Source of the DNA: an uncultured Candidatus Saccharibacteria bacterium
Lineage (GTDB): Bacteria; Patescibacteriota; Minisyncoccia; Phycocordibacterales; UBA918
Direction of reading: 5' to 3'
Assembly (NCBI GenBank): GCA_964655825.1
Contig: CAZZPW010000003.1
Coordinates: forward strand, 6,109 to 44,295
Length of the DNA: 38,187 nucleotides
In this document: positions 1 through 6,198 of the stretch, one piece after another
How positions within the stretch are numbered: position 1 is the stretch's first letter
Layout of the letters: each line of letters begins with the position of its first letter
The notes under the pieces: model-generated
Database searches by the model: none
Told to the model about the DNA's origin: nothing
What the model saw: only the letters and a program-made list of their open reading frames with translations
Made by a program: the position numbers and the translations under genes

Positions 1-67
1 GAGGCGATGGCAGTGGCGAAGTAAAATGAGCAAACGAGGCGGAGCCGACTATTGCAAATTTTCTTCC

Positions 68-127
68 CAATTCGCCCCTTACCTAGGGCGAATTGCTGGA
101 AGTGTCCAGAATTACAGCGTACGTTGT
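68..127. other. Palindrome cluster inside repeat unit 1 (possible operator sites or RNA hairpins)
   Basis: Perfect 10-bp arms CAATTCGCCC (68-77) / GGGCGAATTG (86-95) with an 8-nt spacer. This is followed by CTGGA (96-100) / TCCAG (105-109) and the imperfect palindrome ACAGCGTACGTTGT (114-127). Confidence 0.9.
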
Positions 128-156
128 GTATGTGCGACTATTGCAAATTTTCTTCC

Positions 157-216
157 CAATTCGCCCCTTACCTAGGGCGAATTGCTGGAAGTGTCCAGAA
201 TTACAGCGTACGTTGT
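157..216. other. Same palindrome cluster inside repeat unit 2
   Basis: Identical sequence shifted by 89 nt: arms at 157-166/175-184, 185-189/194-198, and the palindrome at 203-216. Confidence 0.9.
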
Positions 217-382
217 GTACGTGCGACTATTGCGAATTTTCGCGTGAGAAATGCTGGGGGCATTTCGCAAGAAGTTGCCAGATATTTTGTACAAATATCG
301 GCTACTTGAACAGCTTTTGTAAGAAGCGAAGTTGTTGTAACCTTAGCAACTTCGTCCGCGTCTTTACGTTTCTCTCATAGCA

Positions 383-392
383 GGGCGAATTG
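383..392. other. Isolated half-site GGGCGAATTG, identical to the right arm of the repeat-unit palindrome
   Basis: AGGGCGAATTG recurs at 382-392 outside the tandem repeat, with no matching left arm nearby. Confidence 0.7.
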
Positions 393-437
393 TTAAAATA
401 GAATGGAGGAAATAATATTGTGAAGAATATAAATCAG

Positions 438-489
438 GAAAGACCAGATGGTTGTTGGGGGATTAGCTCCCATTACCACCTGGTCTTTT
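438..489 (-). terminator. Long imperfect hairpin 8 nt downstream of the barstar-like ORF stop; terminator-like
   Basis: Outer stem GAAAGACCAG (438-447) / CTGGTCTTTC (480-489) encloses a partly paired GGG..CCC interior. T-rich sequence follows on both strands. Confidence 0.5.
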
Positions 490-496
490 CTTATTG

Positions 497-796
497 TCAG
501 TTGCATGATTGCCCCTCCCGTATCGATCGCAGTCGAATCGAGTCCCAAAGCTTCTTCTCATCGATGAACATTTGGACAATACTCTCTGGAGCACCGCCAA
601 CAATGTGTAGTGTCAACAACATGAAGTCGCAAGACTCACCCTGACGCCACGAGACGCGCTCGATGGTATCAATACCCCACACGGCAATATGCTCGTAGTA
701 TTCGTGGAGCTCATCGATATTGCCTCGAAAGGCGAGGTGACGTCGACTGGACGGTACGGTTGGAGTATGTAAGGCGTCAACTTTCATGATGCTCAC
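497..796 (-). CDS. Barstar-like (ribonuclease-inhibitor family) small protein, 99 aa
   Basis: GTG start at 796 with AGGAG (803-807) 6 nt upstream. The segments LHEYYEHIAVWGIDTI, VSWRQGES and GGAPESIVQMF resemble barstar LPEYYGENLDALWDCL, LEWRQFEQ and NGAESVLQVF as I recall them. Confidence 0.55.
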   Translation of the reverse strand: MSIMKVDALHTPTVPSSRRHLAFRGNIDELHEYYEHIAVWGIDTIERVSWRQGESCDFMLLTLHIVGGAPESIVQMFIDEKKLWDSIRLRSIREGQSCN

Positions 797-843
797 AGCT
801 GTCTCCTTTCTGAATATGATGATGACACATTCTTGTTAAAAGT

Positions 844-872
844 AAACTCCCTACGCATAGCGTAGGGAGTTT
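844..872. terminator. Strong hairpin (13-bp stem, 3-nt loop) between non-coding DNA and the barstar-like ORF; bidirectional terminator-like or attenuator
   Basis: AAACTCCCTACGC (844-856) pairs with GCGTAGGGAGTTT (860-872). T-runs follow on both strands. Confidence 0.5.
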
Positions 873-1059
873 TGTCAAGTGGTTGTTAGTTGTTGTGAAT
901 AAAGTAGCTGTAGGCGCGATTGCGCGTACGGTAGCTACGCTGCCGGCGGGTTGATTCGATGGCACGGAGCGCAAAATTGTAGGTACGGTCCAGCTTCATA
1001 CCAGTTAAGACGGGGGAGTACTATAATTCTTACGAAACCAATTGTGTAATACTACAGTG

Positions 1060-2055
1060 ATGGAAAATCTCGATATGAACCGCCGTGGGTTTATAAAGAA
1101 GGCAACCGCAGCACTCTTCATAAATGCAGTAAATTCAGCCAAACCAGCTGGCGCAGAGGCACCCGAGCAGAGTCTGCGCCCACCCCAACGCCCGCCGGAT
1201 ATCGAAACTGCCGGTACAGCAGCCCGCGAAGCGCAAAAAATGGAATTTTACGAGGAATTTGCCGGCCAATACCAAAGTTGGTCTGAGCTAACTGGGCCGC
1301 TAGCTGAGCAGTACTTCGCTGAACTCGACCAGGTTGTCGCTAACGGGAGTGATGTGGTGGCTGGTGATGGACGAATTGAGTTTGAGTTTTTACGGGCAGC
1401 GCTTGCGTTACCAAACTTTGCGCCGGCGGCAGCCGAGGAAATTCGCCGACTTTTGCCCGCACTGGGCATAGTTGAGTCCCGGATGCGCTCGGGAGAAGTA
1501 AATGAGGGGAGTGGTGCCGCGGGCATTTTGCAATTTATGGGCAAGACGTGGGATGAGCATGGGCGCGGCGATATTCTCGATATTCGTAATCAGGTAGCGG
1601 CTACCGACAGTTTGCTCGAGCAAAAACGACTGACGCTTATCAATCAATGCCAAGACGAGCTTGACGCGATTAAAGACATTTTCTTTGCTGGTGATGACGA
1701 AGCGTTTCAGCGTGACTTTTATGCGCCGGTCATACTTAGCTGCTTCAACGCCGGCGGCGGTAATGTACGCAATGTAGTACAGGGCTTCTTTTTTGAATTT
1801 ACCGACCGCTCAAAGGTGGAACAGTATTTGATTGCTCATGGAATTAACCCGACCGGGCGTGATGTATTTGCCCTCATGGTACAACTTGAGGAACAGAAAA
1901 ATTGGGATGATCAGTATGGTCCTCAAGCACGAGAGTATGTACTCAAAGTGTGGGCCGCTCGAGAAGCGCTTAACGTGGGTTTAAGCGACGAACAACGCGC
2001 TCATCTTTTGGGAGAATTGCCAGATAACTCACTCCCGGTAGCGGTTAGCGAATAA
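1060..2055 (+). CDS. Secreted lytic transglycosylase (SLT family 1-like) with a twin-arginine signal
   Basis: The N-terminus MENLDMNRRGFIKKATAALFINAV...PAGA fits the Tat consensus (RRxF[IL]K). SLT motifs: VESR (catalytic E-S), GILQFMGKTW (GLMQ-like) and CFNAGGGNV (AYNAGxG-like). The start could instead be ATG 1075. A TATAAT lies at 1022-1027. Confidence 0.7.
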   Translation: MENLDMNRRGFIKKATAALFINAVNSAKPAGAEAPEQSLRPPQRPPDIETAGTAAREAQKMEFYEEFAGQYQSWSELTGPLAEQYFAELDQVVANGSDVVAGDGRIEFEFLRAALALPNFAPAAAEEIRRLLPALGIVESRMRSGEVNEGSGAAGILQFMGKTWDEHGRGDILDIRNQVAATDSLLEQKRLTLINQCQDELDAIKDIFFAGDDEAFQRDFYAPVILSCFNAGGGNVRNVVQGFFFEFTDRSKVEQYLIAHGINPTGRDVFALMVQLEEQKNWDDQYGPQAREYVLKVWAAREALNVGLSDEQRAHLLGELPDNSLPVAVSE

Positions 2056-3976
2056 GCTGATAATCAATCTGACGCTCCTCCAAGTCAGCCCGGGTCACTT
2101 TAATGCGAACCTTGTCACCTAAGCGGTAGATAGTGCCGGTTTTTTGACCCTTCACCATGTACTGCTCGGGGAAGTGTTCGAAGTAGTCGAAACGAATTGA
2201 GGCCAGCTTAATCATACCTTCACACTTACTCTCGGCCTCTTCCACGTAGATGCCCCAATCAGCCACGCCAGTGACGATACCGTCAAACTCTTGGCCGATA
2301 CGTTCGCTCATGTACTCGACCTGCTTGAATTTGACGCTATCGCGCTCGGCTTTAACCGCTTCCATTTCGCGCTCCGACGATTGAATCGAGAGCTTCTCGA
2401 ACATGGCCATTTCTTTGCCGGTAATCTCGCTATTGTCGAGGTGGCGACGGAGCAGGCGGTGCGCCATGAGGTCGGGGTAGCGACGAATCGGTGAAGTGAA
2501 GTGAGTGTAGTGTTTAAACGCCAAGCCGAAGTGCCCGATGTTTTTGGTAGAGTAGACCGCTTTGGCCATCGAACGGATGGTAGCTACTTTAAGGAGGTCT
2601 TCTTCCGGCGATCCTTCGATTTCTTTAAGAAGTTTATTGATGTCTTTGGCGTTCACTAAGCCTTTGTGGGTATTAAATTCGTACCCGAGTGCATGCACGA
2701 AGGTCGCCAGGTCTTCAATCTTATCGGGGTTGGGTACATCGTGGACGCGGTAGACAAACGCCGTATTGCGGCCAGCCGCTTTACACAACGCATCGATGTG
2801 CGTAGCGACTTGCTGGTTTGCCAGGAGCATAAAGTCTTCAATCATCAGCATCGTCTCGGTGCGGTCCTTCACAAAGACTCGGACCGGCTTTCCCGCTTCG
2901 TCCAGCTCAAACTTTACCTCGGGTTGCTCAAAGGCGATGGCACCATTTTTAAAGCGCTTCGTTCGGAGGAGGCGAGAGAGGCGCATCATCGTTGCCAGAG
3001 CATCGTGGTGCTCACCGGCACCGGCATCGAGAATGGCCTGAGCGTCCTGGTAGCTAAAGCGCGTATCGGAGTGAATAATGGTTTGTCCGTACCAGGCGTC
3101 GACCACCTCTGCCTCGGGTGAGAGCTCAAACACGGCGGAGAAGGCGAGGCGGTCGGTTTCGGGGCGTAAGGAACAGAGATCGTTACTCAATACCTCCGGG
3201 AGCATCGGGATAACCCGGTCGACTAAATAGATACTGGTACCGCGCTCGCGCGCCTCCATATCGATGATGTCACCGGTTTGCACGTAGTGTGAGACGTCGG
3301 CGATATGGATACCAATCTCGTAGTTGCCGTTGTCGAGTTGTTTGAGCGAGAGCGCATCGTCGAAGTCTTTGGCGTCGGCGGGGTCGATGGTTACGGTGAG
3401 CCGGTCACGCATATCACGCCGTTTTGGGTCGGCCTCGGCGTCGGCAAAAATCTGCTCTTGGTTTTTGTACAGCTCGTTCGCCGCTTCGCTTATCTCGGGA
3501 GGGAAGTTCTCTGAGAAGCCACCGCTACGGATAATGGCTTGCATCTCGGTTTCGTGATTCCCCGAACGACCGAGGGTCTCGGTGATGGTTGCAATCGGAT
3601 CGAGGTGGGGTTGCGACCACTTGTCGATGGTGGCAACCACCTTCATTTCCAGGTCGTCGGCCGACGCGTCCGGTAAGAGTGGCCGTACGTGGATACGAAA
3701 GTTGTCGGGGTGGAGGTAGTACTGGCCTTGCTCGTTCTGCTTGACCGTACCGATAAATTCGCTACGGGCAGGCTCAACGACACGGACTACTTTACCTTGG
3801 CGCCGCTCGCCGGGAACGGCCGGTAAGAGTTCGAGCTCAACCAGGTCGCCATCCAACGCAAAATTAAGGTTTTCGGTAATAATAAGAATATCTTCTAAAA
3901 AATCTTCCAGGCCGACAAAGCCAGTGCCTTTGCCACGGACGCGAATCACGCCCTCGTAGGTTTTTGTTTCAGTCAT
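2045..3976 (-). CDS. rnr: Ribonuclease R (RNase II/R family 3'-5' exoribonuclease)
   Basis: 643 aa. It has an N-terminal OB/cold-shock-like region (RVRGKGTGFV), the RNB signature HFGLAFKHYTHFTSPIRRYPDLMAHR, and a C-terminal S1 domain (GIVTGVADWGIYVEE). Its 3' end overlaps the convergent SLT gene by 11 nt. Confidence 0.93.
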   Translation of the reverse strand: MTETKTYEGVIRVRGKGTGFVGLEDFLEDILIITENLNFALDGDLVELELLPAVPGERRQGKVVRVVEPARSEFIGTVKQNEQGQYYLHPDNFRIHVRPLLPDASADDLEMKVVATIDKWSQPHLDPIATITETLGRSGNHETEMQAIIRSGGFSENFPPEISEAANELYKNQEQIFADAEADPKRRDMRDRLTVTIDPADAKDFDDALSLKQLDNGNYEIGIHIADVSHYVQTGDIIDMEARERGTSIYLVDRVIPMLPEVLSNDLCSLRPETDRLAFSAVFELSPEAEVVDAWYGQTIIHSDTRFSYQDAQAILDAGAGEHHDALATMMRLSRLLRTKRFKNGAIAFEQPEVKFELDEAGKPVRVFVKDRTETMLMIEDFMLLANQQVATHIDALCKAAGRNTAFVYRVHDVPNPDKIEDLATFVHALGYEFNTHKGLVNAKDINKLLKEIEGSPEEDLLKVATIRSMAKAVYSTKNIGHFGLAFKHYTHFTSPIRRYPDLMAHRLLRRHLDNSEITGKEMAMFEKLSIQSSEREMEAVKAERDSVKFKQVEYMSERIGQEFDGIVTGVADWGIYVEEAESKCEGMIKLASIRFDYFEHFPEQYMVKGQKTGTIYRLGDKVRIKVTRADLEERQIDYQLIR

Positions 3977-3989
3977 AATATTGCTGGGC

Positions 3990-3998
3990 AGTCTACCA
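3990..3998 (-). promoter_or_regulatory. Extended -10 element TGGTAGACT, 13 nt upstream of the rnr ATG
   Basis: The reverse complement of 3990-3998 reads TGGTAGACT. There is no Shine-Dalgarno sequence before the ATG at 3976. Confidence 0.4.
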
Positions 3999-4027
3999 TT
4001 GACCTACCATTTTCGCTACGATATGTT
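3999..4027 (+). promoter_or_regulatory. Sigma-70-like promoter for the 4062 ORF (TTGACC-17-TATGTT)
   Basis: TTGACC at 3999-4004, a 17-nt spacer, and TATGTT at 4022-4027. It sits back to back with the rnr promoter. Confidence 0.4.
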
Positions 4028-4061
4028 TGAAGTAAATACAACCGTTCTTAGAGGTACCCTA

Positions 4062-4364
4062 ATGCAGCAGGTAAGTGATACCATCTACTACCTCATCGAC
4101 TCGACACATTTCCCTGAACTGGTGGTGGGCGATATAGCAGTTCGTTTTTTGTCTACCGAAGGGGGAGGTTTAGAAGAAAAGTGGTGGGAAAGGGAGTTGC
4201 AGACCGATGAAGGCGTGTCGATAATAACTGCCGAGCACAGACCATTGTCGCGGAAAGAAATTGTCGAAGAAATCAATTCGGCGATAACAAATGGTGACTG
4301 TCGACGGGTGATTTTTCGCACCGACGACTTCGAAAAGTATTTCCGAAGTTTGCTTATGAGTTAG
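4062..4364 (+). CDS. Hypothetical protein (100 aa)
   Basis: ATG 4062 is preceded by GAGGT (4051-4055) at 6-nt spacing. The longer TTG-3981 version would overlap its own predicted promoter. I recognise no family. Confidence 0.5.
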   Translation: MQQVSDTIYYLIDSTHFPELVVGDIAVRFLSTEGGGLEEKWWERELQTDEGVSIITAEHRPLSRKEIVEEINSAITNGDCRRVIFRTDDFEKYFRSLLMS

Positions 4365-4376
4365 CTTGGAAAAGCC

Positions 4377-4405
4377 TTGCCACAACGGCGCAACTGTAGT
4401 AGAGT
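4377..4405 (+). promoter_or_regulatory. Promoter for rpsP (TTGCCA-17-TAGAGT), with the -10 box 9 nt from the ATG
   Basis: TTGCCA at 4377-4382, TAGAGT at 4400-4405, ATG at 4415. This implies a leaderless or near-leaderless mRNA. Confidence 0.4.
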
Positions 4406-4414
4406 TGCGCCGTT
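4384..4414 (+). other. 11-bp perfect hairpin abutting the rpsP start codon
   Basis: AACGGCGCAAC (4384-4394) pairs with GTTGCGCCGTT (4404-4414) across a 9-nt loop, with no U-tract. It could terminate or insulate the upstream ORF. Confidence 0.6.
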
Positions 4415-4963
4415 ATGTTAATGATGAGATTACAACGAGTCGGCCGCAAGAACGATCCTAGCTATCGGATTGTGGTGACGGACAAGCGAACCGGGCCAAA
4501 AAGCAACAAGCATATCGCGATTCTTGGGTCATACAACCCTAAAATGAATCACGTGCAGCTGAAAGCGGATGCGGCTAAGGAGTGGCTTGCCAAGGGTGTG
4601 CAGCCTTCAGATACCGTGCACAATATTCTCGTCGGACAAAAGGTTATTGACGCGAAGAAATTAAACGTTCTTCCTAAAAAATCGCCGATTGTAGACGAAG
4701 AAGCTATTAAAAAGGCAGAGGAGGAAGCGGCCGCTAAAGCCGAGGCCGAGGCAGCTGCCAAGGCAGAAGCTGAAGCAGCTGCAGCGTCAGAAGAAACCGA
4801 AGCTCCAGCGGAAGATGAGGTTGCGGAGGAAGAAACTCCTGCCGAAGCTGAACCTGAAGAGGAAGCTCCAGCGGCAGAGGAAGCGCCAGCTGAAGAGGAG
4901 CCAGCTGCTGAAGCAGCCGTCGAGGATGCTCCAGCTGAGACCGAAGAAGAGAAGAAAGAGTAA
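4415..4963 (+). CDS. rpsP: 30S ribosomal protein S16 with a ~95-aa Ala/Glu/Pro-rich acidic C-terminal extension
   Basis: The N-terminal ~85 aa (MRLQRVGRKNDPSYRIVVTDKR...ILGSYNP...AKEWLAKGVQPSDTV) match S16. The remainder is low complexity (AEAAAKAEAEAAAK, EEAPAAEEAPAEEEPAAE). The start could be 4415, 4421 or 4424. Confidence 0.9.
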   Translation: MLMMRLQRVGRKNDPSYRIVVTDKRTGPKSNKHIAILGSYNPKMNHVQLKADAAKEWLAKGVQPSDTVHNILVGQKVIDAKKLNVLPKKSPIVDEEAIKKAEEEAAAKAEAEAAAKAEAEAAAASEETEAPAEDEVAEEETPAEAEPEEEAPAAEEAPAEEEPAAEAAVEDAPAETEEEKKE

Positions 4964-4985
4964 CTGCGTCGTTAATTACGTAGCC

Positions 4986-5023
4986 AGCAACAGCCCGGCG
5001 GGTATACCCGCCGGGCTGTTGCT
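4986..5023 (+). terminator. Hairpin after rpsP (17-bp perfect stem, 4-nt loop)
   Basis: AGCAACAGCCCGGCGGG (4986-5002), loop tata, then CCCGCCGGGCTGTTGCT (5007-5023), followed by ATTTCC. Confidence 0.6.
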
Positions 5024-5075
5024 ATTTCCGACTTGCGTCGTATTATTGAGGTATAGCAGAACTAAATATACGCAT

Positions 5076-5444
5076 ATGGATACCTACGAAGATCAGCAAT
5101 TCCTGGAGACGGTAGTCACATCACTGGTTGACCATCCTGAAGACGTAAAAATTAATCGTACCGTTGACGAAATGGGAGTACTACTTACCCTCGATGTACA
5201 CGCCGAGGATATGGGTAAGATTATTGGTCGCAGTGGCAATACTGCCAAGGCTATCCGCACGCTTCTACGCGTGGTCGGTATGAAGCACGACGCCCGCGTC
5301 AATCTTAAAATTAACGAACCAGAGGGCGGCCGCATTGATCGCACCGATGATGTCGACGACGCCATTACGATGAGTGGCGAACCAGAGCCAGAAGTGGCGT
5401 CAGATGAGCACCTCGATAAAGCTATCGAAGACCTCAAAATCTAA
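5076..5444 (+). CDS. khpA: KH-domain RNA-binding protein (KhpA/YlqC family) with an acidic C-terminal tail
   Basis: The segment LVDHPEDVKINRTVDEMGVLLTLDVHAEDMGKIIGRSGNTAKAIRTLLRVV contains the GxxG KH signature. It holds the canonical position after rpsP. ATG 5076 lies downstream of the rpsP terminator. Confidence 0.85.
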   Translation: MDTYEDQQFLETVVTSLVDHPEDVKINRTVDEMGVLLTLDVHAEDMGKIIGRSGNTAKAIRTLLRVVGMKHDARVNLKINEPEGGRIDRTDDVDDAITMSGEPEPEVASDEHLDKAIEDLKI

Positions 5445-5474
5445 CCCACTGGCACATTTCTTTGTCAGACTGCG

Positions 5475-5519
5475 AAAAAAGACCCTCCCTGGAGCATTCG
5501 TCCCAGTCGGGTCTTTTTT
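5475..5519 (+). terminator. Rho-independent terminator after khpA
   Basis: AAAAAAGACCC (5475-5485) pairs with GGGTCTTTTTT (5509-5519), ending in a T-run. Confidence 0.7.
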
Positions 5520-5552
5520 CTTGTCTTCCTCGAACTGTACTCAGTGAATTAG

Positions 5553-5584
5553 ATTTTGTTGCGTTTTCCATTTCATCTCATTTA
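5553..5584 (+). repeat. Degenerate copy (A) of the intergenic module also found after rpoD and uppP
   Basis: CATTTCATCTCATTTA (5569-5584) is identical to 25505-25520. The flank TTGTTGCGTTTTC loosely matches CTCCTGCGCCGCG. Confidence 0.6.
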
Positions 5585-5606
5585 TAGATGTTCAAAATAT
5601 GAGGTC

Positions 5607-5637
5607 ACAAAGACCGGTGCTTCGCACCGGTCTTTGT
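5607..5637 (+). other. 14-bp perfect hairpin 18 nt upstream of the NADAR start codon
   Basis: ACAAAGACCGGTGC (5607-5620), loop ttc, then GCACCGGTCTTTGT (5624-5637). No U-tract follows. Confidence 0.7.
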
Positions 5638-5655
5638 GTATGCTACAGTTTAGCT

Positions 5656-6138
5656 ATGTCTAACCCCGACCATCTATTTTTCGGTCTCGACTGGGAACCA
5701 GATTCATCTGAGCCGATTAATTTTCTCGAGACACGACTGCACGACCTCTCACCCTTCTCGGCCCACGAGGTCGAGTTAGACGGTGTGGTGTACAAAACCG
5801 TCGAGCATGCCTATCAAGCGCTGCGGGCAGTACCTGAGGCACGTCAGCCCATTAGCGATGCGCGCAGCCCGATGGATGCCTGGCGCGCCGGACAAGTTGC
5901 CAAGCAAACCAATCAGCTCGTACCAGACTTTGATAAATTGGCACTGATGGAGCGTATCTTTCGCGCCAAATTAGCCCAGCACAATGATGTGCGTGAAGTC
6001 CTACTCGCGACTGGCAGCAGAGAGTTGCTCAAAGTGTACGATACCGACTATTTTTGGGGCACCGGCGCAGACAATACGGGCGAAAATCAAATGGGGAAGT
6101 TGTGGATGAAATTACGAACAGAACTACATTCGGCATAA
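5656..6138 (+). CDS. NADAR-domain protein (YbiA/DUF1768 family)
   Basis: LSPFSAHEVELDGVVYKTVEHAYQA, DYFWGTGADNTGENQMGKLWMKLR and LLATGSRELL match the NADAR pattern (LSNF..G..Y.S.EH.YQA ... D..WG.G..G.N.LG..LM..R). ATG 5656 was chosen because the upstream extension crosses the hairpin. Confidence 0.8.
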   Translation: MSNPDHLFFGLDWEPDSSEPINFLETRLHDLSPFSAHEVELDGVVYKTVEHAYQALRAVPEARQPISDARSPMDAWRAGQVAKQTNQLVPDFDKLALMERIFRAKLAQHNDVREVLLATGSRELLKVYDTDYFWGTGADNTGENQMGKLWMKLRTELHSA

Positions 6139-6139
6139 G

Positions 6140-6167
6140 AAAATAGTACAGTTAACTGTACTATTTT
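6140..6167 (+). terminator. Rho-independent terminator after the NADAR gene
   Basis: AAAATAGTACAG (6140-6151), loop ttaa, then CTGTACTATTTT (6156-6167), followed by ATTTTG. Confidence 0.7.
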
Positions 6168-6198
6168 ATTTTGTTGACTAACCCTGTAGTATTGCAGT

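Larger units (their letters stand above)
51..245. repeat. Tandem direct repeat: 89-bp unit, two full copies (51-139, 140-228) plus a ~17-nt partial third copy
   Basis: The unit ATTGCAAATTTTCTTCCCAATTCGCCCCTTACCTAGGGCGAATTGCTGGAAGTGTCCAGAATTACAGCGTACGTTGTGTATGTGCGACT recurs exactly 89 nt later with one mismatch (t131 vs c220). A third copy starts at 229 (ATTGCGAATTTT) and then diverges. Confidence 0.95.

Noticed and set aside
1-24. 3' end of a plus-strand gene (…EAMAVAK-TAA) at the left window edge
   Set aside because: Only 7 codons are visible, which cannot be distinguished from chance.
51-245. CRISPR array
   Set aside because: The copies are directly abutting with no unique spacers, the unit is 89 bp, and no cas genes are present.
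52-380. Two plus-strand ORFs (52-309, 85 aa; 93-380, 95 aa) and a 49-codon ORF from ATG 26 to TAG 175
   Set aside because: They exist only because the tandem 89-bp repeat happens to lack stops. The peptides are Cys-rich repeats of the same DNA read in two frames. They have no SD and I recognise no family. The TAAaATGAGC junction at 22-31 resembles TAAATGAGC at 25417-25425, but that is too weak to build on.
886-999. 37-codon Arg-rich minus-strand ORF (MKLDRTYNFALRAIESTRRQRSYRTRNRAYSYFIHNN) upstream of the barstar-like gene
   Set aside because: It has no SD or recognisable promoter, is below the size where composition helps, and resembles neither an RNase toxin nor a ribosomal protein I know. 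It cannot be supported from sequence alone.
4815-5075. N-terminal extension of the KH-protein ORF (209-aa version starting at 4815)
   Set aside because: The extension is the rpsP acidic tail read in another frame (giving a Lys/Arg-rich mirror) and crosses the rpsP terminator hairpin. The conserved KhpA sequence starts at ATG 5076.
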